This document shows positions 8,544-17,858 of a DNA stretch of 64,000 nucleotides, piece by piece. The notes under the pieces were generated by a model. It did no database searches. It was not told the DNA's origin and saw only the letters and a program-made list of their open reading frames with translations. Position numbers and translations under genes: made by a program. Positions within the stretch are counted from its first letter, which is position 1; the number at the start of each line of letters is the position of its first letter. The stretch comes from a virus. The stretch is from the IMG/VR virus record IMGVR_UViG_3300029822_000001, positions 32,001 through 96,000 of that record; one strand, written 5' to 3'.

Positions 8544-9261
8544 TAAATGAGTCATTAAAGTTGTACACTTGCAGCTGTTTAAACGGGTCAAGAGCACCAT
8601 CAATGTACACTTGACAGATTATTTTGATACCTGATGTGTACCCAAAGATACCACAGTAAGTATCAATTAAGGAACTCCTAGGTAAACTTTTAGAAATATC
8701 AGTATGATGTCCAATACCTCCTTGTCGGTACAAACTAGGAAACTTATGTTTAAGCTGGTATTGTTTAGCTTTAACTGTCTGTTGCTGATTGTACATAATA
8801 GACAGCAATGACCTAATTTCTTTAGTCCATAGGAGGGACAAAGCATGATACAATTTAGCTTCTTGATTAAAGTAGGCTTCTCGATAGAGTCCTGGAATAA
8901 CCTTAGTACCAAACTGGTCATAAACAATGATACCTACCTGGTAATAATGATACTTACTAAGTAACCGAATAACCCCCGCTAAGTGTGAGCTATGCACAAA
9001 AACAAAGACATACTGGCATATTTCCAAGTAGTTTTCTAGTTGATGTGATAACCTTCGCAAAGTATCTGCTTCAGTCTTAATCTCAACACCAATGATACCC
9101 TTATTGTCAGTAAAGACTAAAGCATCCGCTATTAGTTTGCCATAATTAACAGACTTTTCAAAGATAACTTTAGTACGCCCTAGGTCACCAAGGTACTCAT
9201 ACAAACTGATATGCTGGAGTACTGCTTGTTTTAAGTCGTCTTCTAGTAGTACTTTAGGCAT
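8482..9261 (-). CDS. PD-(D/E)XK-fold protein, sce7726-like family
   Basis: IFEK...IADALV...GVEIKTEADTLRRL...QL..Y motif. Confidence 0.7.
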   Translation of the reverse strand: MPKVLLEDDLKQAVLQHISLYEYLGDLGRTKVIFEKSVNYGKLIADALVFTDNKGIIGVEIKTEADTLRRLSHQLENYLEICQYVFVFVHSSHLAGVIRLLSKYHYYQVGIIVYDQFGTKVIPGLYREAYFNQEAKLYHALSLLWTKEIRSLLSIMYNQQQTVKAKQYQLKHKFPSLYRQGGIGHHTDISKSLPRSSLIDTYCGIFGYTSGIKIICQVYIDGALDPFKQLQVYNFNDSFNGDISYKVPYKKKGKYRHRK

Positions 9262-9290
9262 TTTTATTTTTCACATCCTAATATTATATA

Positions 9291-9950
9291 TTATTCCGGG
9301 TATCCATCTGGGTTGTACTTGTCAAACTCATTTGGTGTTCCATTGACAATATCCAGTTCAGAGGATTGTATGTTTTGATAGGTATCTTGAAGAGTACTAG
9401 CTAGATACTGTTTAAACCCATCATTAGGAATATAGTTGCTTAGTAAATGTACTCGGTTCCAACCAAAAAAGATACCAGTTGGTACAATATTGTTATTAGT
9501 TGTAATAGATTCTTTACCATCAACAACTGACCTTGAATGACCAGTGGACTTACCATAGTCCTTAAAGCCTAGTACAAGGTTCTTAGAGCCTGATAAGGTA
9601 TCCTTGCCATAGATTAATGGAACAATAAACTTAGGAGGTGCTACGAGTACATGAGGGGTATCTAATCGCGTGTCTCTTTCTAACTTTTTGTGTAACAAGT
9701 TAGCTACAGGTGAATCTGTATTCCCTGCGATTGGATTATGATGAACCGTTTGTACCTTAGTAGGCTTGTGTAATACCTCATAGTTACTGCGATGGTACTT
9801 AAATTTGCTTACCGATTTACTATCTAGCTCGGTAACGGCTACCAGACTGTTTTCAGGGGTTACTTGTATTCTATCTACAAAATAAATAGGTACCTTGCCT
9901 ACCATGAGAATACCCCCAGTAACGGTTGGAATAAAAGCGGTATCCGTCAT
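9291..9950 (-). CDS. hypothetical protein
   Basis: 219-aa ORF, AAAGGAG RBS. Confidence 0.75.
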   Translation of the reverse strand: MTDTAFIPTVTGGILMVGKVPIYFVDRIQVTPENSLVAVTELDSKSVSKFKYHRSNYEVLHKPTKVQTVHHNPIAGNTDSPVANLLHKKLERDTRLDTPHVLVAPPKFIVPLIYGKDTLSGSKNLVLGFKDYGKSTGHSRSVVDGKESITTNNNIVPTGIFFGWNRVHLLSNYIPNDGFKQYLASTLQDTYQNIQSSELDIVNGTPNEFDKYNPDGYPE

Positions 9951-9952
9951 TG

Positions 9953-10420
9953 TTACTCTCCTTTCATGTGGTCAATTAAGTCATTCAGTTGAGACGCTGA
10001 TAAAGTACCTTTTTTAAGGGTATCTTGTGCATATTCCTGAGCATCTGACATAGCTTTTTCTCGTTTAATGGACAAGTGTTCCTTGAAATGATTATTCAAC
10101 AAAGTCACTACTAAAGAAGAAATAAGATTACGAATAATAAAGGTACCCACAAGAACAATAAATAGGACAAAACCAGCTACCAAGGTCTTATCAAATAATC
10201 CAGCTACCCAGTAAGATACCCAAATAGCTAACATTCCTAATAAGGCTATCATTAAATAAGATAGTCCAGTAGCAGCTAATTGATGCTTATAAGCTAATCT
10301 TTGCAATGGATTATTGGTATCTAGCATACCCTGTTTAGCAGCTTTACGCATGAGACCATGAGCATTTAGGTACTCAAATAAAATGGTAGTAACATAAACA
10401 ATTTCTGCGGTTACAATCAT
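9953..10420 (-). CDS. membrane protein
   Basis: 155 aa with 2-3 hydrophobic segments. Confidence 0.75.
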   Translation of the reverse strand: MIVTAEIVYVTTILFEYLNAHGLMRKAAKQGMLDTNNPLQRLAYKHQLAATGLSYLMIALLGMLAIWVSYWVAGLFDKTLVAGFVLFIVLVGTFIIRNLISSLVVTLLNNHFKEHLSIKREKAMSDAQEYAQDTLKKGTLSASQLNDLIDHMKGE

Positions 10421-10438
10421 GAATACAACATCTCCTTA

Positions 10439-10732
10439 TCAGTTATTTCTCCAGTAGGCTACTTTATCTACTTGGAAATCATTCCATGAATCTACTAAGG
10501 TACCCTTTTCATCCTTGACAAGGACAATAGGCATACTTCGGTATCCTTGCCCACGTAGTTTTTCAATTAAATCAGTATCTTGTTCTACCAGCACCTCTTT
10601 AACTTGTAACTTTGGGTTACTCCTAAGCAACACAGCTGTTTGTTTACACTTCATACAACCTTTGGTATGATAAATAGTTACATTATACAAATCTGTACAT
10701 CCCTTCTTTAATATATCTCTAGTATAACACAA
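10439..10732 (-). CDS. nrdH: NrdH-like glutaredoxin (true start probably ~10690)
   Basis: VTIYHTKGCMKC redox motif, GYRSMPIV, W.DFQ.DK. Confidence 0.8.
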   Translation of the reverse strand: MCYTRDILKKGCTDLYNVTIYHTKGCMKCKQTAVLLRSNPKLQVKEVLVEQDTDLIEKLRGQGYRSMPIVLVKDEKGTLVDSWNDFQVDKVAYWRNN

Positions 10733-10756
10733 GGATACCTTATTGACAATAAATAA

Positions 10757-10781
10757 TAAAAAGTACCCATTTAAGGGTACT
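10757..10781 (-). terminator. terminator after the tRNA
   Basis: AGTACCC-TTAAAT-GGGTACT hairpin plus T-run. Confidence 0.7.
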
Positions 10782-10788
10782 AATTTAA

Positions 10789-10860
10789 TGTTCCAATAGG
10801 GAATCGAACCCTAATCCGTGGCTTAGGGGGCCACTATGCTATCCATTACACCACTGGAAC
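10789..10860 (-). tRNA. tRNA-Arg(CCU), CCA not encoded, C at position 33
   Basis: Acceptor stem GTTCCAG/TTGGAAC, D-loop TAATGGATA, anticodon stem GTGGC/GCCAC with loop CCCCTAA, T-arm TAGGG-TTCGATT-CCCTA. Confidence 0.9.
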
Positions 10861-10887
10861 ATAACAGGGGATGTCTCCCCTTTTTTG

Positions 10888-11142
10888 TTAACAAAATACT
10901 GATAAGGTACTTAATTTGGTAACCTGAATACAATCGGTTACCCTGCAAGTTACTTCAGATTTTTCAGTTAAATTATAGTCTGCATACCCTTCTAATCTTA
11001 AGGTAGTATATGGGGATGATGCCCCATCTGTGTGTTCTTTTAACTTATCTCGGTAATGTTCAAAAGTATCTGGAACAAAGAAGCTGCAATTGCCATTAAC
11101 CGTTACTCGAAGTATCTCTTGATTACTTGTGTTTTCTGCCAT
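10888..11142 (-). CDS. hypothetical protein
   Basis: 84-aa ORF, GGAGG RBS. Confidence 0.7.
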   Translation of the reverse strand: MAENTSNQEILRVTVNGNCSFFVPDTFEHYRDKLKEHTDGASSPYTTLRLEGYADYNLTEKSEVTCRVTDCIQVTKLSTLSVFC

Positions 11143-11144
11143 GA

Positions 11145-11481
11145 TTATTGGTCCTCCAATAGATAATTAATACTATCTAATTTATCTAAAAGATTGTCAG
11201 TTTCTTCTTTTTCATACTTATCAATGAGTTCTTTACGAATGTCTTGCCAGTTAGTAAACTTGCTTAAATTTTCTTGGCTGTTGAACAGCGCATCATCATT
11301 ATAGGGTGACCTAAAATGGATACTCCTATTTTCAGCAATAGGCTTTAACACAAGTCCCTCTCTTCCGTTAGCAACCAGTTCGTCATGCCGATAAAAAAAA
11401 TTCTGATATTTCTTTAAAGTACTTATCAGCCCGTTCTTCTGCCTTATCATGAATATGTTTTTCTAAAACTGATTTATCCAT
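11145..11481 (-). pseudogene. hypothetical protein frameshifted at a T8 run (11393-11400)
   Basis: GGGAGG-preceded ATG at 11481 reads MDKSVLEK...ISEFFLSA-stop; removing one T gives ...ISEFFYRHDEL... to 11145. Confidence 0.65.
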
Positions 11482-11559
11482 CCTTTGTCCTCCCAATCTT
11501 AATATCCCTCGGTCTAACTGAATCCTTTGCCTAATTAATAATCAGTTACTATTATTTAT

Positions 11560-11608
11560 CTCCTTCCTTGTATGTAATAAGGGTACCACTAGGATACCCT
11601 TATGTCAA
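11560..11608 (-). promoter_or_regulatory. palindromic promoter cassette A
   Basis: TTGACA-N17-TACCCT inside inverted repeat TAAGGGTATC/GGTACCCTTA, then TTACATACAAGGAAGGAG. Confidence 0.75.
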
Positions 11609-11616
11609 GACTATTT

Positions 11617-12858
11617 TTAGTAATTCTTCATCAAGCTATCATAGGAACTGGACTTTTCTGCTTGTTTCTTACCCCATTCCTGTTGGGTAGCTAATGATAC
11701 CCGTACTAACTTTGGTAAGTGCATAAACTTTTCTGCTCTATCAGCTGGTACATGACCAGTATTAATTTTTTCCGCCCGTAGGGTATCACCAATGGAATCA
11801 TTATAAGAAGTATAATCATATGCAAAGCTTTCTGCTGGTACTTCCTTAATAAAGGAATTAGACAAGATATCTTTCAGAATGTTGGAGAAGCCATAGTTTA
11901 AATCAGGCCTATCATTATCTGACAACCGGCTAACATCAGCAGACTTACTAATCACTGGAGTACTTTGAATATCCTCATCAGGGAATTGTCGGAGGGTACT
12001 ATTAATTTTTTGCCCATTAGAGTACGTAAACGTGGCTACTAAAGCAATTCCATCTTCTAATGAGGGTGCATAGATATTCAAGTCCTGCAAAGTTTCCTTT
12101 AATGGATATCCACAAGCAAGCTCACTGGCAATTGCTCGTAGTTCATCAAAAGTAAAGCTGTGTAACAGTGTGTAAGACAGTAACTTCTTAACCTCATCAT
12201 GGTATTCACTAGGTACTTTATCATCCATGTACCGTTCAACTTCATCCTTTTCAGGATTGTCAAATACAAAATGATAATAAATACGTCCAGGTCGATTAAT
12301 CAACAAGTTATTAATCTTGTCTTCATAGTTAGCAGTAAAGATAAACAGCATCTTTTGACTAGAGGTACCATCTAGGAGACCAAGTAAGTCATTTTGAGTT
12401 GGTTTATTGTCATCCTCATCTTCATGGTCACTGTCACTACCTGTTGGGAAGGTCTTTTCAAATTCATCAAACACAACCATTACTTCTTGTTGAATAGTCT
12501 TCAGGAAGTCTGCTAATCCTGGAGTAGCTTTTGATACCAACAGTACTGGTAACCCCAACTCCATAACCTTGTCAGATAATAGCTGTACAAACAGCGTTTT
12601 ACCGGTACCTTTTTTACCAGTCATCATTACCCCAAGACTTCGATTAGAATCTTGGTATGCCTTAAGTACCTTGTCGAGTTTTTCAGTTTCGCTACCGTAC
12701 ACCTTTTCTTCCTTACACTTTAAGTCTTCCGTTCCTACTAGCTCGTATCCTTGTCGGGTAAGAATAACTTGATAGGTACCAACAGGATACTTATTGTAAG
12801 TTTCAATGTCGCTGTCACTAAATAGGTCGTAAACGTTACCATGCTTAATAATTTTCAT
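11617..12858 (-). CDS. AAA+ ATPase
   Basis: Walker A GKKGTGKT, Walker B VVFDEFEK, sensor FTAN, NRPGR arginine finger. Confidence 0.9.
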   Translation of the reverse strand: MKIIKHGNVYDLFSDSDIETYNKYPVGTYQVILTRQGYELVGTEDLKCKEEKVYGSETEKLDKVLKAYQDSNRSLGVMMTGKKGTGKTLFVQLLSDKVMELGLPVLLVSKATPGLADFLKTIQQEVMVVFDEFEKTFPTGSDSDHEDEDDNKPTQNDLLGLLDGTSSQKMLFIFTANYEDKINNLLINRPGRIYYHFVFDNPEKDEVERYMDDKVPSEYHDEVKKLLSYTLLHSFTFDELRAIASELACGYPLKETLQDLNIYAPSLEDGIALVATFTYSNGQKINSTLRQFPDEDIQSTPVISKSADVSRLSDNDRPDLNYGFSNILKDILSNSFIKEVPAESFAYDYTSYNDSIGDTLRAEKINTGHVPADRAEKFMHLPKLVRVSLATQQEWGKKQAEKSSSYDSLMKNY

Positions 12859-12887
12859 TTGTATTCTCTCCTTGTAGTTGTCTACTT

Positions 12888-13346
12888 TTACAGATTGTTC
12901 ATAAACTTCTTTGACACATCATCTGTGTACTTATCTAAGATATCACTAATGTCTTCAGCTGTCAATGCTTTATGATAAAAAATCATAAAATGTGTTACTT
13001 TATTAACATTACCTGTTTGAAACACCTTGACGTCTGTAATAACTGCTTGTTCCTTTTGTGCCCAGCGATTGATAATGGTATCCATCATCTCGTCAGTGTC
13101 ATTGTAGAAGCTAATAAACTCTTTTGTTTCTACCTCTTGAAACTTTTGCTTTAGAATTTTACGATAAGACTCTAATTGCAAGTCAACTCCAGTGTTATTT
13201 CTTAGAACTGTACCTGCTAATTTTTCCTGATTGCAGTCATGATTATAAGTTAAACAAGCACCAACTACATATAAAATAAGTAATCCTAAAGGTACCAACA
13301 CAACAACAGCAACAATCCATGCAATAATCCACCAAATAATACTCAA
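12888..13346 (-). CDS. membrane-anchored hypothetical protein
   Basis: N-terminal TM helix, TTG start behind AGGAG. Confidence 0.75.
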   Translation of the reverse strand: MSIIWWIIAWIVAVVVLVPLGLLILYVVGACLTYNHDCNQEKLAGTVLRNNTGVDLQLESYRKILKQKFQEVETKEFISFYNDTDEMMDTIINRWAQKEQAVITDVKVFQTGNVNKVTHFMIFYHKALTAEDISDILDKYTDDVSKKFMNNL

Positions 13347-13354
13347 GTAATCTG

Positions 13355-13403
13355 CTCCTTCCTTGTATGTAATAAGAGTACCACTAGGGTACCCTTATGT
13401 CAA
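13355..13403 (-). promoter_or_regulatory. palindromic promoter cassette B
   Basis: Near-identical to cassette A; TTGACA-N17-TACTCT. Confidence 0.75.
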
Positions 13404-13411
13404 GACTATTT

Positions 13412-15061
13412 TTAATAATATTTTTTAGCTTCTTTGACAATTAACTTAGATGCTGCTACAGCTTCATTTTTGCTATAATGATGATTTTTAAGGGCACTTT
13501 GCATTCGTCGTACTCTTTGGTACAGGTAGAAACCCCAATTTTTATCACTCATAAATCGTACTAAAGTCTCAATGTCCTTAGTAAACACTGTCGGGTAATC
13601 AACATCTTCTGTCAAGTTATTAAGGATACCCTTTACCCACTGAGGCAACTTTGCTATTTCCTTGTTGGATTCTTTTACAGGTTCTGGTAAATGATGTCCT
13701 TCAACAAGAGTAAAGCTGTCACTGTTTGGATTGTACTCGGGTAAACTCCAAGATAAATCTTCATGACCTTCTAATAGGCTTACCTGTTCTCGAAGGTCAT
13801 TGTACTCTTCCAAAGTAAAGTGCGTCTTAACTACATCCTCATCCTTGTCATCATCGAGAAACAGAATAGTTCCATTTAGTAGATAGGCCTGGTTTCCATC
13901 AGCAGTACCTCGAAGGTCTAAAAAAGTACTTCTTCCTAGTAGTTCTTCATTAAGAAAGTCTCCATAAGGTGTAAGCTGTACCGTAAACTTAGGCTCTTTA
14001 TCAGGTTTCTTATTAGGTGATTTTTCACTGCCTTTGTCTTCTGGTAAGTGTTCCCCATGTACCAATTCAAAGTTATCAGTATCAGAAGAATCATATTCTG
14101 GTAAATGAAAGGGTTCTTCCCCGTTAGTATCCATTGATTTTACTTTGTTGTAAATATACTTGTACTCCGGTAAAGTAAAAGTAATCCGTACATTATGATA
14201 AGGAGTGTCATCACTAGCGAAAACAACACGACCGTCATCTAAGGTAATATCATCATGCCAGTGACTATCAACACCTGGATTCAGTACATTTAAATATAGG
14301 TTACGGTTACCTACATGTACTTTGAATGTTGGTTCATCTAATGTACCACCTTCTGAATCATCCTTTTCCTTGTTAGATTCAGTAGTACCTTCAGTTTTTT
14401 CAAACATCGGATTATCTGGGTTAAATAAAGGTAGCTGTTCATCCCAAGAACCATCCTGATTAATCTCTTCGGCAATACTATTGTACTCACTGGGGGTAAA
14501 TAAGGTACGAATCCATGGGCTATCTTTTTTCGCTGCTTCAAAAGCAACACTATTATCAGATAGTTTAATACCACCTTCCCAATAACCATAAAACGCCCCT
14601 GATGTATCCACGTTTAAATAACCCGAATCATCCATCTTTACATAGTACTTATCAGCTGTCCCTTTAGGTGTTCCATCGGTAACTTTTGAACAAAGATTTG
14701 AACAAAAGAGGTCTGGGTCACTTGGCATGAAACTTCCCACTTTATCCTCTGGAGCGAGCGTCCAAGGTGTTGCAACTGTACCTTTTTCTAATTGTTGGCT
14801 TCTGTCTAAGAGTGTTGGCAGGTACATACCAACGTCTTCTGGAAGTACATAATCAACATTCTTTTCTAAACTACCCTTGTTAATTAAAGGATTCATAAAA
14901 GCATCATACCGACTAGTACCCTGCCAGAGTACCGTAGCCTTTTTATCTCCTAGTTCCATAACGAAGATAGGTGCATTATCATTACTATACAATCCTTTAC
15001 GACCGTTAGCACTAATCAATAAGGTACCTTCTGGTAAATCTTTAAGTTTTGTCATAAACAT
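13412..15061 (-). CDS. hypothetical protein with three internal ~110-aa repeats
   Basis: Repeated YLN...L..G.V.F...T.FT..EY...LP.(Y/F)....F blocks. Confidence 0.8.
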   Translation of the reverse strand: MFMTKLKDLPEGTLLISANGRKGLYSNDNAPIFVMELGDKKATVLWQGTSRYDAFMNPLINKGSLEKNVDYVLPEDVGMYLPTLLDRSQQLEKGTVATPWTLAPEDKVGSFMPSDPDLFCSNLCSKVTDGTPKGTADKYYVKMDDSGYLNVDTSGAFYGYWEGGIKLSDNSVAFEAAKKDSPWIRTLFTPSEYNSIAEEINQDGSWDEQLPLFNPDNPMFEKTEGTTESNKEKDDSEGGTLDEPTFKVHVGNRNLYLNVLNPGVDSHWHDDITLDDGRVVFASDDTPYHNVRITFTLPEYKYIYNKVKSMDTNGEEPFHLPEYDSSDTDNFELVHGEHLPEDKGSEKSPNKKPDKEPKFTVQLTPYGDFLNEELLGRSTFLDLRGTADGNQAYLLNGTILFLDDDKDEDVVKTHFTLEEYNDLREQVSLLEGHEDLSWSLPEYNPNSDSFTLVEGHHLPEPVKESNKEIAKLPQWVKGILNNLTEDVDYPTVFTKDIETLVRFMSDKNWGFYLYQRVRRMQSALKNHHYSKNEAVAASKLIVKEAKKYY

Positions 15062-15136
15062 CCTCCTTGAGCTAATCGCTCTTATTCCTATCTAACAGTA
15101 CTTAATTTACTACCTATTGTCTGTCTTGTCAAGTAC

Positions 15137-15553
15137 TTATTTGATACAATTTAACAATGGACTATAGTTAACTTCTATTGTCTTAACAGTACTAAACCTA
15201 TTACTAATGCTAGTCTCTTTGTAGATACCTTCTAGTCTAATTTTAGTGTCCCGATACGTTTTACTGGATATCTTAAATGTTACGTAAATAATAGGTACCT
15301 CTTCATCTGCTGTTAAGTAGAAGTATCCTGAAGGTGTTATCAGATTGGTAAGACCTTTACTAGCAAATAACTCGTCCGTAGGTACTTGTTTTCTAATACG
15401 CTCAGGAAAGGTAATACACCGGGGGGTACCAAACATTTTATGTGTCACTCGGGTAATAACAGGGTACAGTGCATCTTTCCGAATATGATTATACGGAGTA
15501 TTTTTATCCAAATAGATAGATACCTTTAGTAAATAATCAATCTTGTTCATCAA
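15137..15553 (-). CDS. hypothetical protein
   Basis: 138-aa ORF, AAGGG RBS. Confidence 0.65.
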   Translation of the reverse strand: MMNKIDYLLKVSIYLDKNTPYNHIRKDALYPVITRVTHKMFGTPRCITFPERIRKQVPTDELFASKGLTNLITPSGYFYLTADEEVPIIYVTFKISSKTYRDTKIRLEGIYKETSISNRFSTVKTIEVNYSPLLNCIK

Positions 15554-15636
15554 GTTTCCCTTCTTTTTCCATCTATTACGGCCATTACCAATGGTTTATC
15601 TTATCAAGTAGTTAACTATCCCTTTTTTAGTAACTT

Positions 15637-16149
15637 CTAGGATAGCAATCTATTGTACATAGCAAGCTTCCCTTCTTTTTCCATCTGTTTATATTCTTCC
15701 ATAATCTTAGATGAAATTGTGGAATTTTCCAACATAGTACTACCTACAACTTCCACTTTGAAATGGGATAAAATAGGCATAATATTATTATAAGATACTT
15801 TAGAGGTATCTTTTACTAAAGATAGCAATTCACTTGAGTTCATTTCAAATGTCCAGTATCCACCCTGTCGTGACCACTGTACTTCCCGAGTTTCTTCTAA
15901 AGAACTATCTTTGACACCTTTTTGAGGTACTAGCTTAATCAAAGCTTTATTATATATCTCTACATTGTGTACATCTTTCAGTCCAGTGCTTTCAAGCTTT
16001 TTTATGTCCCAGTTAAGTTGAGGTTCACTATACTCCTCATTACTTAACTGGTATACCTTATCCTTTTCATCAGTAAAATATGTGTACGTTTCATCTTCAT
16101 CAGGATTAATCCATCGTTTTGTCTTTCTATTGAACAACTTATAACTCAT
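15637..16149 (-). CDS. YopX-family protein (start corrected to MSYKLF)
   Basis: STGLKD..NVEIY motif and C-terminal EVVG; AGGAGG RBS. Confidence 0.7.
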   Translation of the reverse strand: MSYKLFNRKTKRWINPDEDETYTYFTDEKDKVYQLSNEEYSEPQLNWDIKKLESTGLKDVHNVEIYNKALIKLVPQKGVKDSSLEETREVQWSRQGGYWTFEMNSSELLSLVKDTSKVSYNNIMPILSHFKVEVVGSTMLENSTISSKIMEEYKQMEKEGKLAMYNRLLS

Positions 16150-16153
16150 GTGC

Positions 16154-16573
16154 TTATTCCTCCTTATCTCCAAAAAGATGACTTAACTGAGCAAGTACCT
16201 CTTTTTGATGCAAAGTATCCATTTTTGAAAAAGTACTTACAAGTTTGTCAGCTTTTTTATTATTATGCTGTTCCTGTTTATACCGATTATTGTTCTTCGC
16301 CCAGTTCGGGTCTAACATTAGTACGGAGGACATCTTGTTATGAGACATCAACCACATATTCTCAGTGGTACCATACTCATACGGGGGAACTGTACGAAAA
16401 GTATCCTTAGTATTGTCGAAAAAAGTTATTTCTAAACTGTCATCCTGTTCCTTAGGCTCCTTAACAGTTACTGGAGTTTGTACGTAAGTATCCTTTACCC
16501 GCCAGCCCAAGTAAAACTGGTCTTTCTTTTGGTCGTCAAAAACTAAATGATAAGCATCATATACTGTTTCCAT
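16154..16573 (-). CDS. hypothetical protein
   Basis: 139-aa ORF behind promoter cassette C. Confidence 0.75.
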   Translation of the reverse strand: METVYDAYHLVFDDQKKDQFYLGWRVKDTYVQTPVTVKEPKEQDDSLEITFFDNTKDTFRTVPPYEYGTTENMWLMSHNKMSSVLMLDPNWAKNNNRYKQEQHNNKKADKLVSTFSKMDTLHQKEVLAQLSHLFGDKEE

Positions 16574-16584
16574 TAAGTAATTAT

Positions 16585-16634
16585 CTCCTTCCTTGTATGT
16601 AAAAAGGATACCATACTAGGTACCCTTTTGTCAA
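16585..16634 (-). promoter_or_regulatory. palindromic promoter cassette C
   Basis: TTGACA-N18-TATCCT; arms AAAGGGTACC/GGTATCCTTT; TTACATACAAGGAAGGAG. Confidence 0.75.
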
Positions 16635-16705
16635 GTTACTTTTTAGCTAATTTTGCTTACTTGTTACCTTTTTAATCAATGTATGTACCCCTTTCTAGAT
16701 TAAAG

Positions 16706-16867
16706 TTACTTGTTTTCCCATTCTGGATGTCGTTTAGCAATATCTGATAGATACGTCCTGGTATACTTTTCCGGGTCAGTGTACCGCCCTCGATAGCAAT
16801 CAATAATGTACCCCATTAGTAAGTATCCAGAAGTGTCAATAATTACACTAGTAATAAAGCTAACCAT
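16706..16867 (-). CDS. small membrane protein (start corrected to MVSFITS)
   Basis: AAGGAG RBS before ATG at 16867. Confidence 0.6.
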   Translation of the reverse strand: MVSFITSVIIDTSGYLLMGYIIDCYRGRYTDPEKYTRTYLSDIAKRHPEWENK

Positions 16868-16976
16868 TTTTATTCTCCTTCTTCCAATAGTACGTGTTAA
16901 GCAAGCGACGATAGCCAACGTCTTCAATCTGAATTCCCAGATATATAGCTGTAATTAATGCTGCAATAAATACCAT
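16860..16976 (-). CDS. 38-aa hydrophobic peptide not in the ORF track (MVFIAALITAIYLGIQIEDVGYRRLLNTYYWKKENKNG)
   Basis: AGGAGG RBS; coupled to the next gene by an 8-nt overlap. Confidence 0.65.
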   Translation of the reverse strand: MVFIAALITAIYLGIQIEDVGYRRLLNTYYWKKENKNG

Positions 16977-16988
16977 GACGTTTCCTCC

Positions 16989-17237
16989 TTACTTTTTATG
17001 TTTGTACTCATTTGTATTTACCCAAACCTGATACATTTTAGTTTTGTACTTGCTAGGTTGTACAATAATAATCTTTTCTTGATGCTTTAACCTATCTAAA
17101 GTATCTTGATTTACCTTAAGTACCACCTGTAAGTATGGGTCTATCTTACTACTATCCAGAGTAGTTGTCAACCATGTATAGTGATTACTTAAGTTTTCTT
17201 CTGCCTCTTTTAATGTTTGATATTTAGTTGTTAGCAT
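16989..17237 (-). CDS. hypothetical protein
   Basis: 82-aa ORF overlapping the upstream stop. Confidence 0.65.
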   Translation of the reverse strand: MLTTKYQTLKEAEENLSNHYTWLTTTLDSSKIDPYLQVVLKVNQDTLDRLKHQEKIIIVQPSKYKTKMYQVWVNTNEYKHKK

Positions 17238-17841
17238 TTCTTATAACCTTTGCTTCCCATTGATGTCGGTATTTACCTTGAGACTTCCAGCAATTAACAT
17301 CGGTACGACCTTCTAGTTCCCATTCATCCCAAGAACTGTTTTGCAACAATTTACCCCCTCTTTTACGAAAGAGAGGTTCCCCGATACTTTTGTAGTACTG
17401 GTCATCGCTCATTAAAGCGTAATAACGTTCTCCTGTACCCTTTTTACCTGCCTTTCGATATGAATACCCACGATGATGCTTACGTCCCTGAGAACGTCTT
17501 ACAGGGCGTTTAAAAGTAGCATAGCTATGGTACACATAGTCGTGAATAACCTTGTAGTTAGGCAGATACTTTCCAGGACGGTTTGGATACTCTTTGGCAT
17601 CCTCTAATAGCAAGCGGCACATGTCGTCAATTGTATTGTACCAGTTAATACCTGAACTATCCAAGACTAGATTCCATTGAAGACGGTTAATGTCAAAATC
17701 GTTTTGACACTCCTTTAGCTTATCAGCTACCTTAGTAAGGTCAGGATTAAATCTCTCTTGGTAATAATGAACGTTATCATCAATAAAAATAGGAACAGTA
17801 CTATGTGGCTTAAAATACAAGACAGGTTGAATAAGGTTCAT
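17224..17841 (-). CDS. basic hypothetical protein
   Basis: 205 aa, AGGAGGT RBS, Arg/Lys-rich with C-terminal WK...RHQW motif. Confidence 0.75.
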   Translation of the reverse strand: MNLIQPVLYFKPHSTVPIFIDDNVHYYQERFNPDLTKVADKLKECQNDFDINRLQWNLVLDSSGINWYNTIDDMCRLLLEDAKEYPNRPGKYLPNYKVIHDYVYHSYATFKRPVRRSQGRKHHRGYSYRKAGKKGTGERYYALMSDDQYYKSIGEPLFRKRGGKLLQNSSWDEWELEGRTDVNCWKSQGKYRHQWEAKVIRNANN

Positions 17842-17858
17842 GGGCTTACCTCCTATAA

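Noticed and set aside
10818-10834. Amber suppressor (CUA) reading of the tRNA
   Set aside because: With a 5-bp stem and 7-nt loop the anticodon is CCU; CUA is off-register, and the FN3 stop in question is TAA
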